This document shows positions 15,001 to 20,159 of a DNA stretch of 64,000 bases, in pieces. A program made the position numbers and the translations under genes. This stretch comes from an uncultured Planctomycetales bacterium (GTDB lineage: Bacteria; Omnitrophota; Gorgyraeia; Zapsychrales; JAHFFX01). The first letter of the stretch is position 1. The number at the start of each line of letters is the position of its first letter. The stretch covers positions 23,174-87,173 of the forward strand of contig CAYXGG010000001.1 of the NCBI GenBank assembly GCA_964464475.1, read 5' to 3'. The notes under the pieces were generated by a model. It ran no database searches. It was not told the origin of the DNA and was given only the letters and a program-made list of their open reading frames with translations.

Positions 15001-18000
15001 TGACGGCCAGTGGTGTTAATTGGTCAGATTTTGGCGTTCTTACCTCCAGCAACATTAACTGGCAGAATTTTGCCGATATGTCATCGGTCAACTGGGCTAG
15101 TATTAGTGATATGGCGTCTGCGGGTATTAATTGGGACAATTTTGCGGACGTTGCTAACGCAGGTGTCAATTGGGATAACGTGGGTGTCATGACGTATTCG
15201 GGTATCAACTGGTACGACATGGGGGTCATGACGGGTGGCGGCATTAACTGGTTGGACGTCAGTACATTAAGCACCGAAGGCATCAACTGGACTGATTTGG
15301 ATACCATGACGGATGCGGGTATCAACTGGGCTGACCTGCAGACGCTTACCGTTATGGGCATTAACTGGTCGGATTTGGATGTGATGTCTGATTCAGGCAT
15401 TAACTGGAACGATATTTCTCGTCTCGCCGGTGTGGGCATCAATTGGGAAAATATTTATACGATGTCGACTGTTGGGATCAACTGGAATGATTTTGAAACT
15501 ATGTCGAACATCGCCATCAACTGGCAGAATTTTGCCGAAATGTCGGGGATCAACTGGGCAAGTATCGGCGACATGGCTGCTGCCGGTATTAACTGGGATA
15601 ATTTTTCCGACGTCGCGAACTCCGGAATCAACTGGTATGAGATCGCGGTGATGGCGGATTCTGACGTAAATTGGAACGACTTAGGCGAAGTCACGGCCGC
15701 GGGTATTAATTGGTCGGACTTCTCGGTCATGAGTAATACGGGCGTCAACTGGATCAATATTGGCGATCTTTCCGGCGCGGGCATTAACTGGTTGGAAATT
15801 GATACGATCAGTCAGACAGGTATCAACTGGAATGATCTACAGGCGTTGACCACCGCTAATATTAATTGGAATGATCTTAACGTGATTTCCACTCAAGGCA
15901 TTAATTGGTTTGATCTGCAAGTGATGAGCGTGGCACAAATTAACTGGACGGATCTACAATCCATGTCGTCGATTGGTATCAACTGGCAAGATATTAATGT
16001 GATGAGCCAGGCGGGTATTAATTGGGCGGATGTTGATGTGTTATCTGAAATAGGCATCAATTGGGATGACCTTCAATCCCTTTCAACGACGGGGATTAAT
16101 TGGGCCGATTTGGATGTGATGTCGGATGCCGGGATCAATTGGGCCGCTTTAGAGTATATGTCGGCCAGTGGCGTGAACTGGTATGACATTTCGTATATGT
16201 CAACGTCCGGTGTCAACTGGACGGACATGAATACCATGACGACCATCGGCGTTAATTGGGCCAATTTTGGGGACATGTCCGGCGTCAACTGGGCGAGTAT
16301 TAGTGATATGGCGTCAGCGGGTATTAATTGGGATAACTTCGCCGGTGTTGCTAACGCAGGGGTCAATTGGGATAACGTCGGCGTGATGTCTTATTCAGGA
16401 ATTAATTGGGATGATATTGGGACTATGTCCACTGTCGGTGTCAACTGGTCGGACATTCAAATCATGTCGGACGCCAGCGTGAATTGGCTTAATTTTGCCG
16501 ACTTGTCCGGCGTTAATTGGACCAGCATTGGAGAAATGGCTTCCGCCGGGATTAATTGGGACAATTTTGCCGACGTCGCTTCCGCCGGCATTAATTGGGA
16601 TGGCGTCGGTGCCATGGCCAGCGCGGGCATTAATTGGGAAGATATTGGTACTATGTCCGTCCAGGGAATCAATTGGGCTGATTTTTACGGCCTCAGCACC
16701 TCTCAAATTAATTGGTATGAGCTCGAGAACATGAGTAATGTGGGCATTAATTGGACGGACTTAAGCACGATGACCAATGTGGGCGTCAACTGGTTTGATA
16801 TTGATCTCATGAGTGATTCGAATGTGAATTGGTCAAACTTTTCAGAAATGTCTGGCGTGAATTGGGCAAGTATCGCGGAAATGGCGTCCGCGGGAATCAA
16901 TTGGGACAATTTTTCTGACGTGGCGAACGCGGGTATCAACTGGGATAACGTTGGCGTTATGTCTTACGCGGGTGTTAATTGGTCAGATATGGCAGAATTA
17001 ACCGGCGCGGGTATTAATTGGACGGATCTCAATCGCGTTTCTGAAACCGGAATCAATTGGAGTGATTTTGGAGTTTTGTCTACGACCGGTATCAATTGGG
17101 AAGATATTGGTTCGATGTCGACCAGCGCGATCAATTGGGGTGGTCTGCAAGACATGACGTCATCCAACATTAACTGGTTGGATATTGAATTTTTAAGCAC
17201 GCAAGGCATTAATTGGAGCGCCTTGGGCGATATCGCGAACGCCGGAGTCAACTGGTCGGATATTGAAGTGATGAGTTCGTTGGGGATCAACTGGAGTGAT
17301 TTGGATGTTCTTTCCGATGCTGGCGTCAATTGGGCGGATCTGAGCACCATGAGCGCCAATGGCATCAACTGGGCCAATATTTACGATTTGTCCTCCACCG
17401 GCATCAATTGGGATGGAATTGACCAAATGAGTCGCTCCGGTGTCAACTGGGAAAACATCGGTGACCTTTCGATCGCCGGTGTCAATTGGTTTGATATTGA
17501 ATCCATGTCCTCCAAGGGAATCAATTGGACTGATTTTGGAACGTTAAGTGAATCGGGTATTAATTGGTTAGACATCGGTGCTCTGTCGGATGCCGGCGTC
17601 AACTGGACGGATTTGGATATTATGAGCGATGCGGGAGTTAATTGGGCTGAATTTGAAGTCATGAGTAAGGCTGCCGTCAACTGGGACAATTTCTCTAATA
17701 TGTCGAATATCAATTGGGCCAGTATCGGGGAGATGGCCGCGGCAGGGATTAATTGGGATAGCTTCGCAGATGTCGCGAATGCGGGTATCAATTGGGAAAA
17801 TGTCGGGGTGATGTCCTACGCGAGCGTGAACTGGAATGATTTAGGCGCTTTGAGCACCGCGGGGGTCAACTGGAATGACCTGTCTTACATGACCAGCGTG
17901 AGCGCTAACTGGGAGAATTTCTCAGAGATCTCGGGGGTCAACTGGTCTAGTGTTGGCGAAATGGCTTCTGCGGGTATCAACTGGGATAATTTTTCAGACG

Positions 18001-20141
18001 TCGCTAACGCCGGTATTAACTGGGATTCGGTGGCCTACATGGCAGAAGCGGGTGTTAACTGGAATAATATTAGTACTATGGCCAGTTCGGGCATCAATTG
18101 GTATGACATTGAATTCATGAGCAATAATGGCATTAATTGGGATGATTTAAATTACTTAACGACTTTGGGTGTTAATTGGGATAGTTTTTATTCTATGTCC
18201 GCGTCGGGTATCAATTGGACGGATATTGACCGCATGACGGATACCGGAATTAACTGGGAAGATTTTAGTGTTTTCTCTGCCGCCGGCATCAACTGGGATA
18301 ACTTTGCTTTAGCTTCTGGAACCAACTGGGGAAGCATTGCTGACATGGCATCGGCGGGTATTAACTGGGATAATTTTAGCGGAGTCGCGAACGCCGGTGT
18401 CAACTGGGACAATGTCGGGGTCATGTCTTATGCCGGTGTTAATTGGGATGATATTAGTTCCATGTCCAACACCGGGGTCAACTGGGATGACATTGAAACA
18501 TTAAGTAGCTCAGGAGTCAATTGGTCTGAGTTAAACGTATTCTCGACCTCAGGAATCAACTGGAGCGATATCCATGTTCTTACGGCCTCGGCGATTAATT
18601 GGACTAATATTGGAGATATGTCTGCAACGGGTATCAACTGGCTAGATATTGGTCAAATGTCTTCATCCGGCATAAATTGGAACAGTCTCTCGGTGATGTC
18701 CGACGCAGGCATTAATTGGTACGATATTGAAACGATGACCACGGCGGGAGTTAACTGGACCGATTTCTCCCAATTGTCGGGTGCGACTATCAATTGGGAC
18801 AATCTCGATGTCCTCACGGATGCAGGTGTCAATTGGGATGGTTTTGGTGAAATCAGCTCGGCTGGTATTAACTGGCTCAATATGGGCGCCATGACCGAAG
18901 CTAACGTGAATTGGGAAAACTTGGCTGAGAACTCGTCGGTGAACTGGACGAACGTCTCTGACATGGCTGCCGCGGGCGTTAATTGGGAAAGTTTCTCGGA
19001 CATTGCTGCGTCAGGAGTCAATTGGGACAATATTTCTTACATGAGCGAGTCGGGTGTCAATTGGCAAAATGTTGGGGAATTGAGTTTGTCCGGCATCAAT
19101 TGGCAGGAAATTGAATCCTTGTCGGTGGCGGGCATTAATTGGAGTGATATTACCCAAATGACCGTTCAAAATATTAACTGGGCAGATTTGAATACATTAA
19201 CGACTTCCGGGGTCAACTGGGCGGATCTTTCTTACATGAGTTTTAGTGGTATTAACTGGGTGGATATGTCTAACTCCTCTCGCGCCGGTATCAATTGGCA
19301 AGACATCGCGAACATGAGCAATGCTAATGTCAATTGGGCGGGTATTGAGTATTTAGCGAATAATGCCCAGTCTTTGATCACGAATATTAATTCGATTCTA
19401 ACCGTTGTTAATAGTTTAAATACGAAGATGGGTGAATTAGCCGACACCACGTCCAGCAATAGTTTGTTTGGTAAAGTCGCTCAGATTTATCAAGAAGTTC
19501 AGAATTTGGCCGGTGGCGGTGTCAGCAACATTGAGTCCATCGTGACGGCTATGCAGACTAAGCTGGGAGCAGCTACCGATGCCAGCAATTCCAATACGGT
19601 TTTTGGAGACTTACAATCAATCCAGGATTATGTCGATACGCTGGAAACTTTAGTCGGCGTCACCACGGATACCTCGACGGATACCATTTTTGGTCAATTA
19701 AGCGGCATGCCGGAAATTAGAGAAAATGTTTCTAAAGCTAAAAGCGGCGCGAACGCGGCCTTGGGCGAAGCTCAGGAAATCCGTAAAGAAATCGGCGCCA
19801 AAGGTGAGACTCCGGCGCTCTATGAACGCGTGAAGCGACTGGAAAATATGCTCAAAGAATTGCAGGGCTTGTCGGAAAAGATCGCTCAAAGTAAGGTCAG
19901 CTCGGGTGGTTTAACGACAGAGATTCTAGAGATGCTGACGAATCTGGTGGAAAAAAGCGCGAAAGCGTTAGGTTTGTCCGGGGAAGCGATTAAGATTTCA
20001 CCGTTGAAACCTGGCGAAGAAGAGGATCTGTCCAACGTTAACGAAAAATTGGATGAAATCCGCGCTAAGACGGATCTTCTGAAGGAAGCGGCTGAGGCCG
20101 AGAATGTCGTCGTCAAGAGCTGGTTTGAAAGCGGTGAGTAA
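6..20141 (+). CDS. Giant Trp/Asn-rich tandem-repeat protein (>6711 aa, 5'-truncated by window), probably extracellular
   Basis: Uninterrupted 20-kb ORF. The frame is open back to the window start (codon 3-5 = TAT), so the ATG at 6 is probably internal. About 80 aa of beta-rich non-repeat sequence, then ~490 repeats of G[VI]NWxD[LIF]xx[ML][ST]xx, then a ~260-aa helical C-terminal region ending VVVKSWFESGE. Confidence 0.9.
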   Translation: MWVESDNDRVAITTGDAATLTIYRQDGSTSEASLTMTLDDTNDWWKSNSWNPSDPRDTYLARGTCEQGVSTYNLTTDVNVAAQAVNWTDISDIRTNIDKANWDDLGVLTSQGINWNDLASLTTAAVNWQDLGVLTTQGVNYSDFGVLTTRAINWEDFNVMSIRGVNWTDIAALHAVGVNWNDLYSLTSVAVNWVDLAFMTSAGVNWSDIAYMSGSGTNWTANVNWDSLAELTNASVNWNDIYSMTSRNINWEDLNVMASLGINWTNYADMTLVGTNWNDISVLTARGINWNDVGVLTNLGANWTNFADLTLAGTNWNDLTVLTYAAVNWADLYALTTAGANWNDLGVLTTAGVNWSDLTVLSRITVNWNDLSVLTSQGVNWNDLSTLTTVGVNWNDVNVLTTRGVNWNDIGIMTTQGVNWNDISTLTSTGVNWNDLTVLTRAGANWDDLYTVSTKGLNWDEFQSMTTKGINWNSIADMSAVGVNWNDIVVLSYASVNWDGIQAMSVGGVNWNDLGTMSTAGVNWTGMYDLSVANTNWSGLNEMTTAGINWTDVGVLSARGINWDGINELSIGQVNWDGIQALSVGLVNWTGIAELSYSGTNWTEIDVLSRAQVNWTGIQDLSFGGVNWNDLTVLSRAGANWDDLSVLSASGVNWTDIDIMSDAGVNWNDLSVLTSRAVNWEDLNVMTTRGVNWDDLQVMSTRGINWVSLYDMSVANINWNSLEVMSTSNVNWVGVYDMSASNVNWTGISELSIANVNWTGVNELTAAGVNWNDLAVFTSVGTNWNDFSVITNTAINWTDLDLLSKQGVNWNDLASMTSAGVNWNDITVLSRTGVNWTGIYDMSVSGVNWGGIQDLSVANTNWTGIYDLSVGNVNWTGIQSLSEGNVNWTDLDVLSRSNVNWNDLTVMTATGVNWTGLNELSVSAINWTGIQDMTAAGVNWNDLSVFSYAQVNWTEIDNLSRQGINWNDLSVMTALGVNWTSINDLSKAAINWDDITVMGYAGVNWNDLYSLSTASINWNDFAVMNATGVNWSDLDILSEAGINWLDIDVMSRNGVNWNDLTVMTRSGVNWTNFSDMSGTNWTNISDMAASGVNWTGFTDLSTAGVNWNDVGVMSSIGVNWNDLNSLTTAGVNWNDLESLSRKGVNWNDLEVMSNTGINWDNFYDMTQGINWNNMYDLTRAGVNWNDLTVMTSLGVNWNDLYSLSTVGINWNDIDVMARAGVNWNDLNSLAAAGVNWTGLNEITVSGVNWNDISVLAAAGVNWTDIDVMSRTSINWAEFYTLTTQGINWASIGSMTTAGINWNDIDTLSRTGVNWDDLYALTTATINWNDFSVMTNTAINWLDVAVMHNLGVNWSDLDVLSRIGMNWNDLQVITSTGINWVDLDILSDAGVNWADIDIMSETGINWSDLDIMHDAGVNWNDLDVMSDAGVNWSDLTVMSQSGVNWNNFSLMSGTNWTNISDMSQTSINWYSIEEMSGAGVNWNNFSDMAGVSINWNDVAVMAATGVNWTDLDILTEAGVNWNDLDALSRAGVNWNDLTVMSTRGVNWNTIYDMTSAGINWTNFGDMSSSSVNWDSIALMGSASINWDDFYLLTTKGINWDDVGRMTTVGINWNDMTVLTQAGVNWSGLNELAVSNVNWTGLQDLSTANVNWNDLTVLSSAVVNWTDLAVLSESGVNWNDLSALSVAGVNWNDINVLSSRGINWNDLGVLTTAGANWNDLTVLTSVGVNWNDLTVFSNMGINWINYSDLTTAGTNWSDIEVLSRAGVNWNDLTVLAQAGVNWTDLDIMSDAGVNWDDLNSLSRAGINWLEIDTLSRAGVNWTGLNELAISNVNWTDLNSMTTAGVNWASLYDLSVAGVNWNDISAMSYQGVNWNDFGVMTTQTINWNNLTVMSSSGVNWTDMAYLTTSGVNWDNMSTMTGVNWTNVSDMASAGVNWDSFAELGSANVNWTNVSDLSYAGVNWNDLGAMSGAGINWTEIDVLSRASVNWTGINDLSTAGVNWTDMGVMSSTGVNWTEIDVLSRSGVNWTGINDLSTSGVNWTDVGLLSSAGVNWNDLSVLTSTGVNWADLDIMSDATINWADLDIMHDAGINWEDFQVLTSRGVNWNDLDVLSRANVNWTGINEMSIAGVNWTGINDLSTAGVNWTDLGVLSTASVNWNDLTVMTSLGINWTDMGVMSSSGVNWVNFNEMSGVNWTNLGEMSTSGLNWNDLTVMSYSGVNWDSFGAMSTAGINWNDIGTLSSAGVNWTEIDVLSRAGVNWSGLNDLSVAGVNWNDLSVMSSVGVNWTEIDVLSRAGVNWTGINDLSTAGINWTDVGLLSSAGVNWNDLTVLTSAGVNWADLDIMSDASINWADLDIMHDAGVNWDDLQSMSTRGVNWTDIDVLSRANVNWTGINELSVAGVNWVGMQDLSIAGVNWTDIGVMGATGINWTDWDVMTRAGINWNDLSSMSASGVNWANFSTMSGVNWTSISEMASAGINWDNFADIAAAGVNWDNVSVMSYSGINWNDFGVMSSSSINWTEIDVLSRAGVNWVGVNDLSLAGVNWNDLSVMSGVGVNWTEIDVLSRAGVNWTGINDLSAAGINWTDMGVLSAAGINWTDIDVLSRTAINWNDLTAMTTTGVNWADLNYLTNLGLNWNDIQVMSSRGINWDDWTVLSRAGVNWDDFNRLSSSGMNWEDIQVMTTRGINWTDVDTLSEAGINWLGVQDLSVGGVNWLGMQDLSIAGVNWNDLNVMSTSVINWTDFGVMSVAGVNWTDMSVMTQAGVNWSNFSTMSGVNWTSIGEMASAGVNWDNFADVANAGVNWDNVGVMTYAGVNWNDLGSMTSANINWTELDVLSRAGVNWVGVNDLAAAGVNWNDLSVMSAVGVNWTEIDVLSRAGVNWTGINELSSAGVNWTDLGVLSGVGINWFDLDVLSRTGVNWSDLDVMSDASINWNDFQALSSTGINWNDLTVMSAQGVNWTEIDVLSRSGVNWTGIQDLSLGGVNWTDLGTLTAAGINWNDLNALSTTGVNWNDLDVLSRAGINWQDMTVMTSSGVNWSNFSTMSGVNWTSIGEMASAGINWDNFADVAAAGVNWDNIGVMTYAGINWNDMSLMSSIGVNWNDLQVMTSQGVNWTSFNDLTVAGINWTDMGSMTTAGINWNDLDTLSRTGVNWTGINELSVAGVNWTDIGVLSAAGVNWTDLDVLSRTGVNWLDLGTMSGAGINWSDLDIMHDAGINWTDMDVMSRSAVNWASFGEMSGVNWTSIGDMASAGVNWDNFADVANAGINWDNVGIMTYAGVNWTEISTLSAAGVNWNDLSVLTGVGINWNDITVMSSLGMNWYDLGVMAAIGVNWSDLDVLTKSGVNWTNFTEMSTAGINWASVSDMSGVNWNNITEMSVSGINWSDIDVLSRSGINWNDISALASTGINWLDLDIMSDAGINWNDMQALTNAGVNWNDINVLSTMGVNWSNLYDMTTFGINWLDIDALSRAGINWTDIQTMSTTGVNWTDIDVLSDAGVNWSELDVITRIGINWNDLQSLTAAGVNWLDIGQMSSIGINWTDIQAMSTTGVNWTSIYDMSVTGINWLDIDVMSDAGVNWSSVSDLSSAGVNWNDIDALSRTGINWNDLGTLSAAGINWMDIGVLSTTGINWIDIDILSDAGINWADLDILSDTGINWADIEVMGRTNINWSDIGSLSTAGVNWNDIDALSRTGINWADLNTLTTQGINWANVYDLSTAGINWAEIDTLSRAGVNWADLQTMSVAGVNWLSFEVMSSVGVNWNDLAVMHASGINWQDFTTMTTAGVNWDNFVGMSGVNWGSIADMASAGINWDSFSEVSAAGVNWDNIGVMAGVGINWNDISSLSSSGVNWNDIQTLSSSGVNWTNFTEMSTAGINWASVSDMSGVNWNNITEMSTAGINWNDIDVLSRTGVNWANMYEMSTMGINWADIDVMSDMGVNWYDIERMSTVGLNWQDLDIMSDAGINWNDLQSLSNAAINWSDLDIMTEAGVNWNDISAMSSLGVNWNNLYDLSVAGVNWHDIDVMTRNGINWLDIDIMVRAGINWGDLSVLTAQGVNWNNLYDLSVAGVNWNDFTVITNTGINWLDLQVLSAQGINWLNFDDLSKAGINWTDINTLSSAGINWSDVSTMSAAGVNWLDIDTLSRTGINWSDLDVLSDTGINWAEIDVLSRTGINWNDIQVLSAQGMNWASLDEMTKAGINWLDIESMSVKGINWNDIQTMSVLGINWNNIDELSKAGVNWTDIDLMSDTGINWYDVERLSAVGINWSDLNVMSTQGVNWLDIERMSNNGVNWTDISLMSGSGINWANFADMSGVNWSSISDMAAAGINWDSFADVANAGINWENVGVMSYSGINWNDLSVMSTTGMNWLDIERMSGTGINWYDIETLSGTGINWLDIDIMSDAGINWGDLDVLSRAGVNWADIDVMTEQGVNWANVYDLTVAGINWNDIDALSRTGINWDDLAYMANSGVNWSDMSTMSASGVNWNDIATLSATGINWLDFDVMSDAGINWVSVNDLSQAGINWLDLQTMSVTGINWGDFGVLSAAGVNWLNVGEMSSSGVNWYDIQTLSAVGINWSDIGVLSATGINWLDIDVLSDMGVNWSSIDELSKAGINWTDIDTLSDAGVNWSDFASLTAAGINWIDIDALSDAGINWLDIEILGSRGINWNDLSTMSAAGINWYDVQTLSETGINWSDIGVLSSAGVNWSDLDIMSDTGINWLDFQFMSVSGVNWADLDIMTDAGINWASMEVMTASGINWVNFSDMSFVNWSTISEMSAAGINWDNIGVMAASGINWDDIGSMTTSGVNWLSVGDLSAAGINWNDIEKMSTQGVNWNDLNVMASAGINWSDFSVLTQSAINWQNFAEMSGINWTSIGDMAAAGINWDNFSDVANAGINWDNIAEMSYTGVNWFDFERLSTAGINWNDVFAMSSTGINWNDLSVFSTTGVNWNDIYTISTTGINWFDIESMSNMGVNWTDLDIMSDAGVNWADIQMMGTLGVNWTDLSTMTASGVNWSDFGVLTSSNINWQNFADMSSVNWASISDMASAGINWDNFADVANAGVNWDNVGVMTYSGINWYDMGVMTGGGINWLDVSTLSTEGINWTDLDTMTDAGINWADLQTLTVMGINWSDLDVMSDSGINWNDISRLAGVGINWENIYTMSTVGINWNDFETMSNIAINWQNFAEMSGINWASIGDMAAAGINWDNFSDVANSGINWYEIAVMADSDVNWNDLGEVTAAGINWSDFSVMSNTGVNWINIGDLSGAGINWLEIDTISQTGINWNDLQALTTANINWNDLNVISTQGINWFDLQVMSVAQINWTDLQSMSSIGINWQDINVMSQAGINWADVDVLSEIGINWDDLQSLSTTGINWADLDVMSDAGINWAALEYMSASGVNWYDISYMSTSGVNWTDMNTMTTIGVNWANFGDMSGVNWASISDMASAGINWDNFAGVANAGVNWDNVGVMSYSGINWDDIGTMSTVGVNWSDIQIMSDASVNWLNFADLSGVNWTSIGEMASAGINWDNFADVASAGINWDGVGAMASAGINWEDIGTMSVQGINWADFYGLSTSQINWYELENMSNVGINWTDLSTMTNVGVNWFDIDLMSDSNVNWSNFSEMSGVNWASIAEMASAGINWDNFSDVANAGINWDNVGVMSYAGVNWSDMAELTGAGINWTDLNRVSETGINWSDFGVLSTTGINWEDIGSMSTSAINWGGLQDMTSSNINWLDIEFLSTQGINWSALGDIANAGVNWSDIEVMSSLGINWSDLDVLSDAGVNWADLSTMSANGINWANIYDLSSTGINWDGIDQMSRSGVNWENIGDLSIAGVNWFDIESMSSKGINWTDFGTLSESGINWLDIGALSDAGVNWTDLDIMSDAGVNWAEFEVMSKAAVNWDNFSNMSNINWASIGEMAAAGINWDSFADVANAGINWENVGVMSYASVNWNDLGALSTAGVNWNDLSYMTSVSANWENFSEISGVNWSSVGEMASAGINWDNFSDVANAGINWDSVAYMAEAGVNWNNISTMASSGINWYDIEFMSNNGINWDDLNYLTTLGVNWDSFYSMSASGINWTDIDRMTDTGINWEDFSVFSAAGINWDNFALASGTNWGSIADMASAGINWDNFSGVANAGVNWDNVGVMSYAGVNWDDISSMSNTGVNWDDIETLSSSGVNWSELNVFSTSGINWSDIHVLTASAINWTNIGDMSATGINWLDIGQMSSSGINWNSLSVMSDAGINWYDIETMTTAGVNWTDFSQLSGATINWDNLDVLTDAGVNWDGFGEISSAGINWLNMGAMTEANVNWENLAENSSVNWTNVSDMAAAGVNWESFSDIAASGVNWDNISYMSESGVNWQNVGELSLSGINWQEIESLSVAGINWSDITQMTVQNINWADLNTLTTSGVNWADLSYMSFSGINWVDMSNSSRAGINWQDIANMSNANVNWAGIEYLANNAQSLITNINSILTVVNSLNTKMGELADTTSSNSLFGKVAQIYQEVQNLAGGGVSNIESIVTAMQTKLGAATDASNSNTVFGDLQSIQDYVDTLETLVGVTTDTSTDTIFGQLSGMPEIRENVSKAKSGANAALGEAQEIRKEIGAKGETPALYERVKRLENMLKELQGLSEKIAQSKVSSGGLTTEILEMLTNLVEKSAKALGLSGEAIKISPLKPGEEEDLSNVNEKLDEIRAKTDLLKEAAEAENVVVKSWFESGE
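255..19350 (+). repeat. Coding tandem repeat, 39-bp/13-aa period, with interspersed 33-bp/11-aa units
   Basis: G-to-G spacing is 13 aa, e.g. GVNWNDLTVLTRA-GANWDDLYTVSTK-GLNWDEFQSMTTK. Short units look like GVNWTNFSDMS. Copy number estimated as span/39. Confidence 0.95.
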
Positions 20142-20159
20142 CATTTCAGGAAACTATAA

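Noticed and set aside
255-19350. 39-bp periodic DNA as a CRISPR array
   Set aside because: The conserved part is only ~12 nt and varies at third codon positions, the whole array is one open frame, and no cas genes are present.
255-19350. Abundant short palindromes (GTTAAC, ATTAAT, CAATTG) as binding or restriction sites
   Set aside because: They arise automatically from Val/Ile-Asn-Trp codons.
425-19459. Dozens of minus-strand ORFs with FQLTP/QLIP repeats
   Set aside because: Antisense shadows of the GVNW codons, broken wherever the sense strand has TTA/TCA/CTA; no independent start signals.
6-20141. Giant protein as ice-nucleation protein, RTX adhesin or autotransporter
   Set aside because: No AGYGST 16-mers, no GGxGxD nonamers, no C-terminal beta-barrel; the period is 13 aa.
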